The notes: a model not told the origin generated them from the letters alone. A stretch of 64,000 bases of DNA from an uncultured Clostridia bacterium (GCA_947631115.1 CANRKB010000010.1:1876-65875); one strand, 5' to 3'; positions 1 through 7,942 are shown, numbered from the stretch's first letter. Numbers and translations: made by a program.

Positions 1-724
1 AAGCAACCGCCGCCAGCGCGAAGCCTGCCGCTCCCGCGCCCATTTCACTGTCAGCCGCGCATAATCCGAACAGTCCCGCAACGCCCGCCGTCAAAGCCGC
101 TTCAAGACTTTTCTCTGATAAGATGTACAAAAACACCGCGCCGAAAACAAGCCTGCCGATGTTTGCAAAAGGATAATCAAGCGCGCCCAGCGACAAAAAC
201 GCCAGCCCCGCGGCAACTCCGAAATGCGCCCTGACAGTGGGTTTTTTCAGGTCAATTCCTTTTTCCAACGCGCTTTCAAGCCTTACAATGCTTGCGGCAA
301 AGGCTCCCGCGCATACCGCCGCAACTGCCACCGCCAGAAAGTCCGCTGTGCTTTCAGCCAAAGTAACGCGCGAGAAAAAGCAAGCTCCCGCCGCCGCGAA
401 AAACCGTTCTACTGCGCGCACCGAAACGCGTTTCAGGTCGGGCAGCATTCTTGCGGCGAGGACAATCGCCATTGCCGCTATGCTGGTAAATGCGGCGGGA
501 AAGCCGTGTATGACCGCGCCTAAGATACCGCCCGCAAGGACGTACCATGTCTTTGCACCCGAAACTCCCGCAAGGAGCGCGTATGCCGCGGGCGCGGCGG
601 AAAGGTCTGAGGCTCCCGTTTCAAGGGCTATCCCCGCAAACACCCACACCGCTTTTTTCAGCGCAAAATCCTTCCATTCTTCCTTATTCCCCAAAGAAAA
701 CAGCCTTTTTGTTTTTTCCGTCAT
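1..724 (-). CDS. Polytopic membrane protein, N-terminal part only (runs off the window start); Gly/Ala-rich TM segments reminiscent of the SpoIIE membrane domain
   Basis: Absent from the ORF track because no stop lies inside the window. My minus-strand translation from ATG 724-722 (AAGGA SD upstream) reads MTEKTKRLFSLGNKEEWKDFALKKAVWVFAGIALETGASDLSAAPAAYALLAGVSGAKTWYVLAGGILGAVIHGFPAAFTSIAAMAIVLAARMLPDLKR... and stays open to position 1. The SpoIIE assignment is a guess from composition. Confidence 0.45.
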   Translation of the reverse strand, partial: MTEKTKRLFSLGNKEEWKDFALKKAVWVFAGIALETGASDLSAAPAAYALLAGVSGAKTWYVLAGGILGAVIHGFPAAFTSIAAMAIVLAARMLPDLKRVSVRAVERFFAAAGACFFSRVTLAESTADFLAVAVAAVCAGAFAASIVRLESALEKGIDLKKPTVRAHFGVAAGLAFLSLGALDYPFANIGRLVFGAVFLYILSEKSLEAALTAGVAGLFGLCAADSEMGAGAAGFALAAVA

Positions 725-756
725 TTTTTCTATCCTTTCAGCCTATTGACAATAAA

Positions 757-885
757 CAGCTTGTTTAAAAAGTCAAGTTTCAGACTGTAGAGAAAGTCCC
801 AGATGCTAGGAAGCGGTGCTGCGGCTAGGCTTTGTGCCTGCCGCAGTGCCGCTGACGCCGCAGATGGGGCTTTATATACAGTCTG
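757..885 (+). mobile_element. Family-1 MITE-like element, copy A (24-nt 5' extension + core)
   Basis: Core is CAGACTGTAGAGAAAGTCCC...GGGGCTTTATATACAGTCTG with central hairpin CTGCGGC-TAGGCTTTGTGCCT-GCCGCAG. Flanked by a perfect 6-bp direct repeat AATAAA (751-756 and 886-891). Nearly identical to copy C. Confidence 0.8.
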
Positions 886-1015
886 AATAAAGCCTTTGGA
901 TTTAAATATAGCATATCCCGCCCGAAAATGCTGTAGAAACCGCAGAGCGGATAGTAGGTTGTTTTGTTTAACGGGGGGATAAGGGCGGAGAATTCGTCGA
1001 ATTGCGGCGGACAGT

Positions 1016-1290
1016 GCAAAACCCCCTTCCCCTTCGGGGAAGGGGGCAGGGGGTTAGGGCGAGTAAACGTTATTTTAGAATAAATGACGTTTGAAAAGAA
1101 CAACAAATCGGCTTTTGTGCATTATATGCGGCAAACAACCTTTCGCCTTAAATTCTAACCTCTAACCTCTAACTTCTAACCTCTAAAAGGACAGGGCGTT
1201 AGGGCGAGTAAACGTTATTTTAGAATAAATGGCGTTTGAAAAGAACAACAAATAGGCTTTTGTGCGTAATATTCAGCAAACAATCTTTCG
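1016..1290 (+). repeat. Family-3 composite repeat: UUCG-capped G/C hairpin, two 93-bp direct repeats and CTAACCT-type heptamers
   Basis: Hairpin ACCCCCTTCCCC-TTCG-GGGGAAGGGGG at 1021-1046. Direct repeats 1053-1145 and 1198-1290 (GTTAGGGCGAGTAAACGTTATTTTAGAATAAATG...). Heptamers TTCTAACCTCTAACCTCTAACTTCTAACCTCTAA at 1153-1186. A related copy in reverse orientation lies at 15735-15808. Confidence 0.75.
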
Positions 1291-1413
1291 GCTATTGCTG
1301 TACACTTTACACTCTCCCCTGTATACCGATAAACTCCCCTGATAATAAACAATTGACAAATCCCAAAAACCGTGATATAATCAAATAAAGTAATTACATA
1401 AAAGGAGTTTATC

Positions 1414-1899
1414 ATGAGGGTCGACAAGACGAATTATTATCTGGACATTGCGCAGACGGTCGCTGAAAGAGGAACGTGCCTGAGAAGAAATTTCGGCGCG
1501 ATAATCGTAAAAAACGACAGCATTATCTCCACGGGCTACAACGGCGCGCCGCGCGGAAGAAAGAACTGCTGCGACGTCGGGGAGTGCACGCGCGAAAAGC
1601 TCGGAGTTCCGAGCGGTCAGAGGTATGAGCTTTGCCGTTCGGTACACGCCGAGGCTAATTGCATAATCTCCGCGCCGAGGACGGAAATGCTCGGGTCGGT
1701 GCTGTATCTTGCGTGCCTTGACGCAAAGAGCGGAGAGCTTACAGGAAACACCGAGCCTTGTTCCATGTGCAAAAGGCTGATTATAAACGCGGGCATTGAG
1801 CGCGTTTTTGTCCGCAACAACAAAGAAGAGTTCACCGAGTTTGTCGTAAACGACTGGATAGAAAACGACGCCAGCCTTAACGGAAGCAGCGGATATTGA
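1414..1899 (+). CDS. comEB: dCMP (deoxycytidylate) deaminase, ComEB type
   Basis: 161 aa. Zinc-deaminase motifs HAEANC and PCSMCKRLI. GGAG SD precedes the ATG. Confidence 0.9.
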   Translation: MRVDKTNYYLDIAQTVAERGTCLRRNFGAIIVKNDSIISTGYNGAPRGRKNCCDVGECTREKLGVPSGQRYELCRSVHAEANCIISAPRTEMLGSVLYLACLDAKSGELTGNTEPCSMCKRLIINAGIERVFVRNNKEEFTEFVVNDWIENDASLNGSSGY

Positions 1900-1935
1900 T
1901 AATGTACTTTTTCCTTTAAAGAAACACGATAACAC

Positions 1936-2113
1936 CAGTGTACAGTGTACAGTGTACAGTAGTCAGTTATGGAATCCGCCTTGCGGCGGATAATATTAGA
2001 TTGTTTTTAATTTAAAGGCACACAAAAAACCTTTTGACTTAATAACAATCTAAATAAAGTCCGCGCAAGCGGACACATTCTACTGTACACTGTACACTGT
2101 CCACTGTACACTG
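1936..2113. repeat. Family-2 palindromic element (full copy) with (GTGTACAG)n termini
   Basis: Left end is CAGTGTACAGTGTACAGTGTACAGT, right end is ACTGTACACTGTACACTGTCCACTGTACACTG (inverted). Each arm carries a GC hairpin: ATCCGCC-TTGC-GGCGGAT and GTCCGC-GCAA-GCGGAC. It fills the comEB-rsmA spacer. Confidence 0.75.
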
Positions 2114-2127
2114 CCGACAGGTGGATA

Positions 2128-2973
2128 ATGGACTTAACGAATATAAACATCATCAAGGGGCTTTTCGAGCGTCACGGCTTTTCATTCTCCAAGGCACTCG
2201 GGCAGAATTTCCTGATAAATCCCGCGGTATGCCCGAAAATTGCGGAAATGGGCGGGTGTAAAGAGGGCGTCTGCGCTATTGAGATAGGAACGGGCGTGGG
2301 CGTTCTTACGCAAGAACTTGCAAAGCGGTGCGACAAGGTAATAGCGATAGAGCTTGACGAAAGACTGAAACCTGTTTTAGCCGAAACGCTCGCGGAGTTT
2401 GACAATGTTGAAATAATTTTCGCGGACGTTATGCAGACCGACCTTAATGAAATTGTCGGAAAATTCGGCGGGAAAGACGTTGTAGTATGCGCAAATCTGC
2501 CGTATTATATCACTTCTCCCGTGATAATGAAGATACTCGAAAGCAGGCTTCGGATAAAGTCGCTTACCGTAATGGTACAGCGCGAGGCGGGCGACAGGAT
2601 TTGCGCCGCTCCCGGCACAAGGGAGAGCGGCGCGGTTTCGTATGCCGTGAGGTATTACAGCGAGCCGAAGCTGTTGTTTAGGGTCAACAGAGGGAGCTTT
2701 ATTCCGTCGCCGAATGTCGACAGCGAGGTAATAAAGCTGGAAATTACCGACAAGAACAAACTGCCGAATGATGTTGAAAAAATGCTGTTCAGGCTTATTC
2801 GCTCGGGATTTTCGCAGAGAAGAAAACAGTTATTGAACCCTCTTTCGGGGGAGCTTAAAATGTCAAAAGAGGAGCTTTGCGGAGTGTTTTCGGCTGTCGG
2901 AATAAAGCCTACGGCGCGCGCCGAGGAACTTAAGCTTGAAGATTATATAGAGCTGGCGAAAATGTTGTCTTGA
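2128..2973 (+). CDS. rsmA: 16S rRNA (adenine1518/1519-N6)-dimethyltransferase RsmA/KsgA
   Basis: 281 aa. LGQNFL motif, SAM-binding EIGTGVG, NLPYYITSP motif. Confidence 0.93.
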   Translation: MDLTNINIIKGLFERHGFSFSKALGQNFLINPAVCPKIAEMGGCKEGVCAIEIGTGVGVLTQELAKRCDKVIAIELDERLKPVLAETLAEFDNVEIIFADVMQTDLNEIVGKFGGKDVVVCANLPYYITSPVIMKILESRLRIKSLTVMVQREAGDRICAAPGTRESGAVSYAVRYYSEPKLLFRVNRGSFIPSPNVDSEVIKLEITDKNKLPNDVEKMLFRLIRSGFSQRRKQLLNPLSGELKMSKEELCGVFSAVGIKPTARAEELKLEDYIELAKMLS

Positions 2974-2974
2974 A

Positions 2975-3029
2975 TAAAAAATCCGCCATGAGCTGTGTTC
3001 CCACTAACAGCGCAAGGCGGATCTTTTTT
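2975..3029. terminator. Bidirectional hairpin terminator after rsmA
   Basis: AAAAAATCCGCC (2975-2987) ... GGCGGATCTTTTTT (3016-3029), with A-run and T-run flanks. Confidence 0.7.
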
Positions 3030-3052
3030 GCAAATATGTAGACCTCTTCTAC
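2975..3052 (-). ncRNA. Candidate small RNA 2 (degenerate paralogue of the antitoxin-like RNA)
   Basis: Perfect minus-strand TTGACA-N17-TATAAT (-35 3087-3082, -10 3064-3059). The predicted RNA starts with hairpin GUAGA-AGAGG-UCUAC and ends at the rsmA bidirectional terminator. Only weak complementarity to the toxin start region. Confidence 0.3.
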
Positions 3053-3104
3053 AGGTAAATTATATCACACTTTTTTCTTTTTGTCAATTATTTAACGACA
3101 TAAA

Positions 3105-3180
3105 AATCTGTCCCGCGTTGTACTGCAATACAGCGCGGGGCAAACTTTTTGCGGTTATGTAGATCTTTTCGGTTTTCTAC
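3105..3180 (-). ncRNA. Candidate antisense (antitoxin-like) small RNA 1
   Basis: Perfect minus-strand TTGACA-N17-TATAAT (-35 3215-3210, -10 3192-3187). The complement of 3151-3172 pairs with toxin mRNA 3314-3333 (9 + 10 bp). The complement of 3114-3140 is 27/27 complementary to the toxin terminator 3433-3459. It ends in hairpin + UUUUU. Confidence 0.5.
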
Positions 3181-3244
3181 AATTGTATTATAGCATATTA
3201 TTTTGCATTTGTCAATATTTTTTAGAAAAATTTTTAAAAAACAT

Positions 3245-3273
3245 TTGACGAAAGAAGTCGTTTGTTGTATAAT
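3245..3273 (+). promoter_or_regulatory. Sigma-A-type promoter of the small-peptide gene
   Basis: TTGACG (3245-3250), 17-nt spacer, TATAAT (3268-3273). Confidence 0.6.
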
Positions 3274-3319
3274 ATAGTTGCCGGTTCCCCGGAAGATCAG
3301 TACGGAAGGGGGTGCGGTT

Positions 3320-3403
3320 ATGAATCTTTTCGGCTTTTTGGTCTCCGTCTTAGCAAGTGTAGTGGCTTACTACATATGCAAATGGCTCGACGGAGATGAT
3401 TAA
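3320..3403 (+). CDS. 27-aa hydrophobic peptide, type I toxin candidate (Fst/Ldr-like shape)
   Basis: Too short for the ORF track. ATG 3320, TAA 3401-3403. Sequence MNLFGFLVSVLASVVAYYICKWLDGDD is one TM helix plus an acidic tail. SD GGAAGGGGG at 3304-3312. Own promoter and terminator. Confidence 0.55.
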   Translation: MNLFGFLVSVLASVVAYYICKWLDGDD

Positions 3404-3429
3404 CCGGCAGAGCCTTGGCAATAAGTCCG

Positions 3430-3467
3430 CCTCGCGTTGTACTGCAATACAGCGCGGGGTATTTTTT
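3430..3467 (+). terminator. Intrinsic terminator of the peptide gene
   Basis: CCTCGCGTTGTA-CTGCAA-TACAGCGCGGGG followed by TATTTTTT. A 27-nt core is duplicated at 3114-3140. Confidence 0.7.
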
Positions 3468-3478
3468 CGGAATTGCTC

Positions 3479-5443
3479 TTATTCCAGCTCAAACGCCCCC
3501 GTATACAGTCTATAATACTGCCCTTTCTCGGCTATCAGTTTATCATGCGAACCGCGCTCGATTATTCTGCCGTGGTCTAAAACCATTATAACGTCCGAAT
3601 TTCTGACGGTCGAAAGCCTGTGCGCAATTACAAAGACCGTTCTCCCTTTCATAAGCGCGTCCATTCCCGCCTGAACTATCGCTTCGGTGCGGGTATCTAT
3701 CGAGCTTGTCGCCTCGTCCAGTATCATAACCGGCGGGTCCGCAACCGCCGCTCTCGCTATCGAGATAAGCTGCCGCTGCCCCTGCGAAAGTCCGCTTCCG
3801 TCGCCGCGAAGTACCGTGTTATAACCCTCGGGCAGCATTCTTATAAAGGTGTCCGCATTTGCAAGCTTCGCCGCCGCTATACATTCCTCGTCCGTCGCGT
3901 CGGGTTTTCCATAGCGCAGATTGTCCATAACCGTACCCGTAAACAAATTTACGTCCTGCAATACCACGCCCAGCGAACGCCTTAAATCGCTCTTTTTTAT
4001 CTTGTTTACGTTTATCCCGTCATAGCGTATCTTTCCGTCGTCTATGTCATAGAAACGGTTTATAAGGTTCGTTATGGTCGTCTTGCCCGCGCCCGTAGCG
4101 CCGACAAACGCCACTTTCTGCCCCGGCTCGGCATAGATGTTTATATCCTGCAATACGAGCTTTTCGGGTACATATCCGAAGTCAACGTTATCCAGCACAA
4201 TGTCGCCTTTAAGCTCCTCGTATGTTACGGTGCCGTCGGCGGTATGCGGGTGTTTCCACGCCCACAAGCCCGTATGCTCGACGGTCTCGATAAGTTCGCC
4301 GTTCTCGCCGCGCTTTGCGTTTACGAGCGTTACATAGCCGTTGTCCGTTTCGCTCGGCTCGTCAATAAGCGCGAATATTCTTCCCGCGCCAGCCATTGCC
4401 ATAGCGACGGAGTTCAACTGCTGCGACACCTGACCTATAGGACCGATAAAGCTTCTCGAAAGCTGAAGGAATGAAGCAATAGCTCCGAGCGTCAGCGTAT
4501 TCACCGCAAAGCAAGCTACGTTCATAACTCCGTTTATCGCAAGATAACCGCCCACTATCGCCAGCACAACATACAGAAAATATCCCAGACAGTTGTTTAT
4601 CGGCATAAGAACGTTTGCATAAGCGTTTGCGCGGCAGGTGTTTTCGGAGAGGTCGAAGTTTCTTGTGTCAAAGCCCTCTTTCGATTTCTGTTCGCGGCAG
4701 AAGATCTTTATAACGCGCTGACCGTTTATCATCTCTTCTATATAGCCGTTCACTTTTGCCATCGAGCCTTGCTGGCGGATAAAATACGTTCCCGATTTCT
4801 TGGCGATAATCGCCGTTATGAAAAGTATTATCAGCAGGAAAACCAACACCGTCAGCGTCAGCCACAATGACAGCGAAAGCATTGAACAGAAAATCGAAAA
4901 CAGCGTTATTCCCGAAGAAATGACCTGCGGCAAAGACTGCGACAACATCTGCTGCATGGCGTCCGCGTCGTTTGTATAAAAACTCATAACGTCGCCGTGG
5001 GTGTGAGTGTCGAAGTATTTTATCGGAAGCGTCTGCATATGCGAGAACATTTCGTCGCGGATCTTTTTTAATACGCCTTGTGAAACGGTCGCCATTATCC
5101 TTGCCTGAATGAGAGAGCTTCCCGCTCCCGCAAGAAACAGCGCCGCCATGAGGATAATTGTCCTTAATAACCCCGAATAATCGGGAACGCCGCCGTTTTT
5201 ATGCACTTCTACAAGCGGAAGTATATAGTCGTCGATAAGCGTTTTTATAAACAGCGACGACGCAACGCTCGCTAAAGCGCTTACTATAATGCACACAACG
5301 ACAAGTATAAGCCTTTTTCTAAACGGCTTCATATAGCCGAAAAGCCGCTTTATGACCTTTTTGTCGAACTTCATCGGAACCCTCGCTCCGCGCGGCGGTC
5401 TGCCCTGTCTTACCGGCATTTTTTCTTCTTTCATGTCGCTCAT
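3479..5443 (-). CDS. ABC exporter, fused permease/ATPase subunit (multidrug/lipid exporter type)
   Basis: 654 aa. Six-TM N-terminal domain, Walker A GATGAGKTT, signature LSQGQRQ, Walker B ILDEATS. Start overlaps the upstream partner (ATGA). Confidence 0.9.
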   Translation of the reverse strand: MSDMKEEKMPVRQGRPPRGARVPMKFDKKVIKRLFGYMKPFRKRLILVVVCIIVSALASVASSLFIKTLIDDYILPLVEVHKNGGVPDYSGLLRTIILMAALFLAGAGSSLIQARIMATVSQGVLKKIRDEMFSHMQTLPIKYFDTHTHGDVMSFYTNDADAMQQMLSQSLPQVISSGITLFSIFCSMLSLSLWLTLTVLVFLLIILFITAIIAKKSGTYFIRQQGSMAKVNGYIEEMINGQRVIKIFCREQKSKEGFDTRNFDLSENTCRANAYANVLMPINNCLGYFLYVVLAIVGGYLAINGVMNVACFAVNTLTLGAIASFLQLSRSFIGPIGQVSQQLNSVAMAMAGAGRIFALIDEPSETDNGYVTLVNAKRGENGELIETVEHTGLWAWKHPHTADGTVTYEELKGDIVLDNVDFGYVPEKLVLQDINIYAEPGQKVAFVGATGAGKTTITNLINRFYDIDDGKIRYDGINVNKIKKSDLRRSLGVVLQDVNLFTGTVMDNLRYGKPDATDEECIAAAKLANADTFIRMLPEGYNTVLRGDGSGLSQGQRQLISIARAAVADPPVMILDEATSSIDTRTEAIVQAGMDALMKGRTVFVIAHRLSTVRNSDVIMVLDHGRIIERGSHDKLIAEKGQYYRLYTGAFELE

Positions 5444-7191
5444 TCTTCCGCCGCTCCTTTCGTCTGAGAATCGTATATCTCGCGGTAAATTCCCCCGCGC
5501 GCGTACAGCTCTTCGTGCGTTCCTATCTCGGAAATTCTGCCGTTGTCCATAATTATTATCCTGTCGGCGTCGCAGACCGACGAAACGCGCTGGGCTATGA
5601 TTATCTTTGTCGTATCGGGAATTTCCTCGCGGAAAGCCTTTCTTATCATTGCGTCGGTGTGGGTATCGACAGCCGAAGTCGAGTCGTCAAGAATAAGTAT
5701 CTTCGGCTTTTTAAGAAGCGCCCTCGCTATGCACAATCTCTGCTTCTGTCCGCCCGAAACGTTTGTTCCGCCCTGTTCAATATAGGTGTTGTATTTATCG
5801 GGGAACGTCTGAATAAATTCGTCCGCGCATGCCAGCTTGCACACCTTTTCAACTTCTTCGTCGGTTGCGTTTTCGTCGCCCCAGCGGATATTCTCTGCGA
5901 TCGTCCCCGAAAACAGCGTGTTTTTCTGAAGAACCATCGCGACGTTGTTTCTGAGCGCCTCAATGTTGTAGTCCTTTACGTTTTCCCCGCCGACAAGAAC
6001 TTCTCCCTCGTCCGCGTCGTAAAGCCTCGGTATCATTTGAACGAGCGTGGATTTTGAAGAACCCGTGCCGCCGATAATGCCGATAGTTTCGCCGCTCTTT
6101 ATCTTGAGGTCAATATCATTCAGCGCGGCTTTTTCGGAAGTCTTGAAGTATCTGAAACCTACGTTTTTAAATTCAATCGAGCCGTCCTTGACTTCAGTAA
6201 GATTGCGCTCGCCGTCGCGCAGGTCGCTCTTTTCGTTTAATACCTCGCAGACGCGGTCCGCGCTAGCCTTCGACATAGTGAGCATTACGAAGATCATCGA
6301 CAGCATCATAAGGCTCATAAGTATCTGCATTGTGTATGTAAACAGCTCCATAAGGCTGCCCGTGGTAAGTCCTAACGCCTCGTTATTGCCGCTTGCAACG
6401 ACCGCCTGCGCGCCGAGCCATGAAATGGCGATAATGCAAGTGTAAACGGAAATTTGCATAGCGGGTGCGTTGAATGCAACGGTCTTTTCGGCTTTGGTGA
6501 AGCGGTCGTAGATAAGCTTTGAAATTTTGCCGAACTTTCCTATTTCGTGATCCTCGCGGACAAAGCTCTTTACGACGCGTATTCCGCGCAGGTTTTCTTC
6601 AACAACGTTATTTAAATCGTCATAAGTCGTAAACACCTTTCTGAACATCGGGAAAGCCGTCTTGACGATAATTGCCAGCACAATAACAAGAAACGGTATT
6701 ACGCAAAGGAATATCATCGAAAGCTCTTTGCTTGCCCTGAAAGAGAATGTAAATGCGAAAATAAGCATTGCGGGCGCGCGGAAAACAATTCTCGTCAGCA
6801 TCTGAAACGACATCTGAACGTTTGTAACGTCTGTCGTAAGGCGCGTTACAAGGCTCGCGGGGGAAAACTTGTCAATGTTTGAAAAGCTGAAATTCTGGAT
6901 ATTGTAGTACATGTCGTGCCTTAAATTCCTGGAAAAATAAGACGAGGCGCGCGAAGCGGTATATCCCGCGATAACGCCGAAGCATAGCGCCGTGAGCGTT
7001 CTTATCAGAAGCTCAATTCCGTATCTTACGACCATGTCCATATTTCCGACGGTTATTCCGTCGTCAATAAGGTGCGCCATTGTGCTGGGAATCGACACCT
7101 CCACAAAGCTCTCGCAAAGTACGAAAATGGGCGTTAAAATTGCGGGCAGAAGCGCTTGCCTTACGCATTTCGCAAGTGTTTTAATCATCAT
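5440..7191 (-). CDS. ABC exporter, fused permease/ATPase subunit (heterodimer partner)
   Basis: 583 aa. Walker A GGTGSSKST, signature VSGGQKQR, Walker B ILDDSTS. Confidence 0.9.
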   Translation of the reverse strand: MMIKTLAKCVRQALLPAILTPIFVLCESFVEVSIPSTMAHLIDDGITVGNMDMVVRYGIELLIRTLTALCFGVIAGYTASRASSYFSRNLRHDMYYNIQNFSFSNIDKFSPASLVTRLTTDVTNVQMSFQMLTRIVFRAPAMLIFAFTFSFRASKELSMIFLCVIPFLVIVLAIIVKTAFPMFRKVFTTYDDLNNVVEENLRGIRVVKSFVREDHEIGKFGKISKLIYDRFTKAEKTVAFNAPAMQISVYTCIIAISWLGAQAVVASGNNEALGLTTGSLMELFTYTMQILMSLMMLSMIFVMLTMSKASADRVCEVLNEKSDLRDGERNLTEVKDGSIEFKNVGFRYFKTSEKAALNDIDLKIKSGETIGIIGGTGSSKSTLVQMIPRLYDADEGEVLVGGENVKDYNIEALRNNVAMVLQKNTLFSGTIAENIRWGDENATDEEVEKVCKLACADEFIQTFPDKYNTYIEQGGTNVSGGQKQRLCIARALLKKPKILILDDSTSAVDTHTDAMIRKAFREEIPDTTKIIIAQRVSSVCDADRIIIMDNGRISEIGTHEELYARGGIYREIYDSQTKGAAEE

Positions 7192-7672
7192 TTCCTCTTT
7201 TCTCAGCGCCTTTTCTTTCTCTGGCGGCGCTGTCTATATTTTTTTCGAGCCGGTCGAAATATTCGTTCAGCTGTTTAAGCTCGGCTTCGGAAAAACCCTT
7301 TACGAGCTTTTCTTCTATATCGTTTACCTCGCCGCGCATGGCTCTTCCCAGCTCGCGGGATTTTTCGGTAAGCACTATCTTTCTGAGCCTCGCGTCGTGC
7401 GACACAACGACCCTGCTTACAAGCTCCTTTTTCTCTAAGAGCGTCAGCATTTTCGACACGGTCGAACGCGTTATGCCGAATTTCTCCTCGAAGTCTTTCT
7501 GGAAAATATCGCGCTGTTCCTGCTCCGCTTCGTACAGATAGCCTATTATCCATTTGTTGGAGCAAGTAAGTTTATCCAGTTCTTCTTTAAGCTCCGAGTT
7601 CCCGTCAAGATAGCGCCTTATGGCGTTGCTTATCATTCTCAGCCTTAAGCCTACGCCCTTGTTGTTCTCCAA
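7181..7672 (-). CDS. MarR-family transcriptional regulator (first gene of the exporter operon)
   Basis: 163 aa. Winged-helix region ITRSTVSKMLTLLEKKELVSR. TTG start with GGGG SD. Overlaps the next gene by 11 nt. Confidence 0.8.
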   Translation of the reverse strand: MENNKGVGLRLRMISNAIRRYLDGNSELKEELDKLTCSNKWIIGYLYEAEQEQRDIFQKDFEEKFGITRSTVSKMLTLLEKKELVSRVVVSHDARLRKIVLTEKSRELGRAMRGEVNDIEEKLVKGFSEAELKQLNEYFDRLEKNIDSAARERKGAEKRGNDD

Positions 7673-7728
7673 GGAAATTCACCCCTTTACCTAAAATTCG
7701 TAATTCATCCCTCTTAAACCCCTGTTGG

Positions 7729-7942
7729 CAGTTTACAGTTTACAGTGTACAGTGTACAGTTATGGTATCCGCCTTGCGGCGGATATTATTCAGATTGTTA
7801 TCGGATTGAAACGTTTTCAAGCGCTGCCGTAAAAGTTTTGATCATGTACCTATTGACTTAAAAAAATCTAAATAACGCCCGCGACAGCAGGCACATTTTA
7901 CTGAATACTGTACACAGCGTTCAATGCATACACTGTCAACTG
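7729..7942. repeat. Family-2 palindromic element (full copy)
   Basis: CAGTTTACAGTTTACAGTGTACAGTGTACAGT ... hairpin ATCCGCC-TTGC-GGCGGAT ... hairpin GCCCGCGACAGCAGGC ... ACTGTACAC...CACTGTCAACTGAC. Collinear with 1936-2113. Confidence 0.7.

Noticed and set aside
789-803. GAGAAAGUCCC in the family-1 terminus resembles the RNase P RNA CR-I motif GAGGAAAGUCC, and the 3' arm GGGGCUUUA vaguely resembles CGGCUUA
   Set aside because: There are five copies of 105-180 nt with target duplications, and none of the other RNase P conserved regions or helices is present. The resemblance is probably coincidental.
1040-1062. TTAGGG-like telomere-type repeats (GGGGTTAGGGCG; GGGGGTTAGGGGGTTAGGG at 15765-15785)
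   Set aside because: There are only 1-2 units, embedded in an intergenic repeat of a circular-type bacterial origin region. No terminal context is present.
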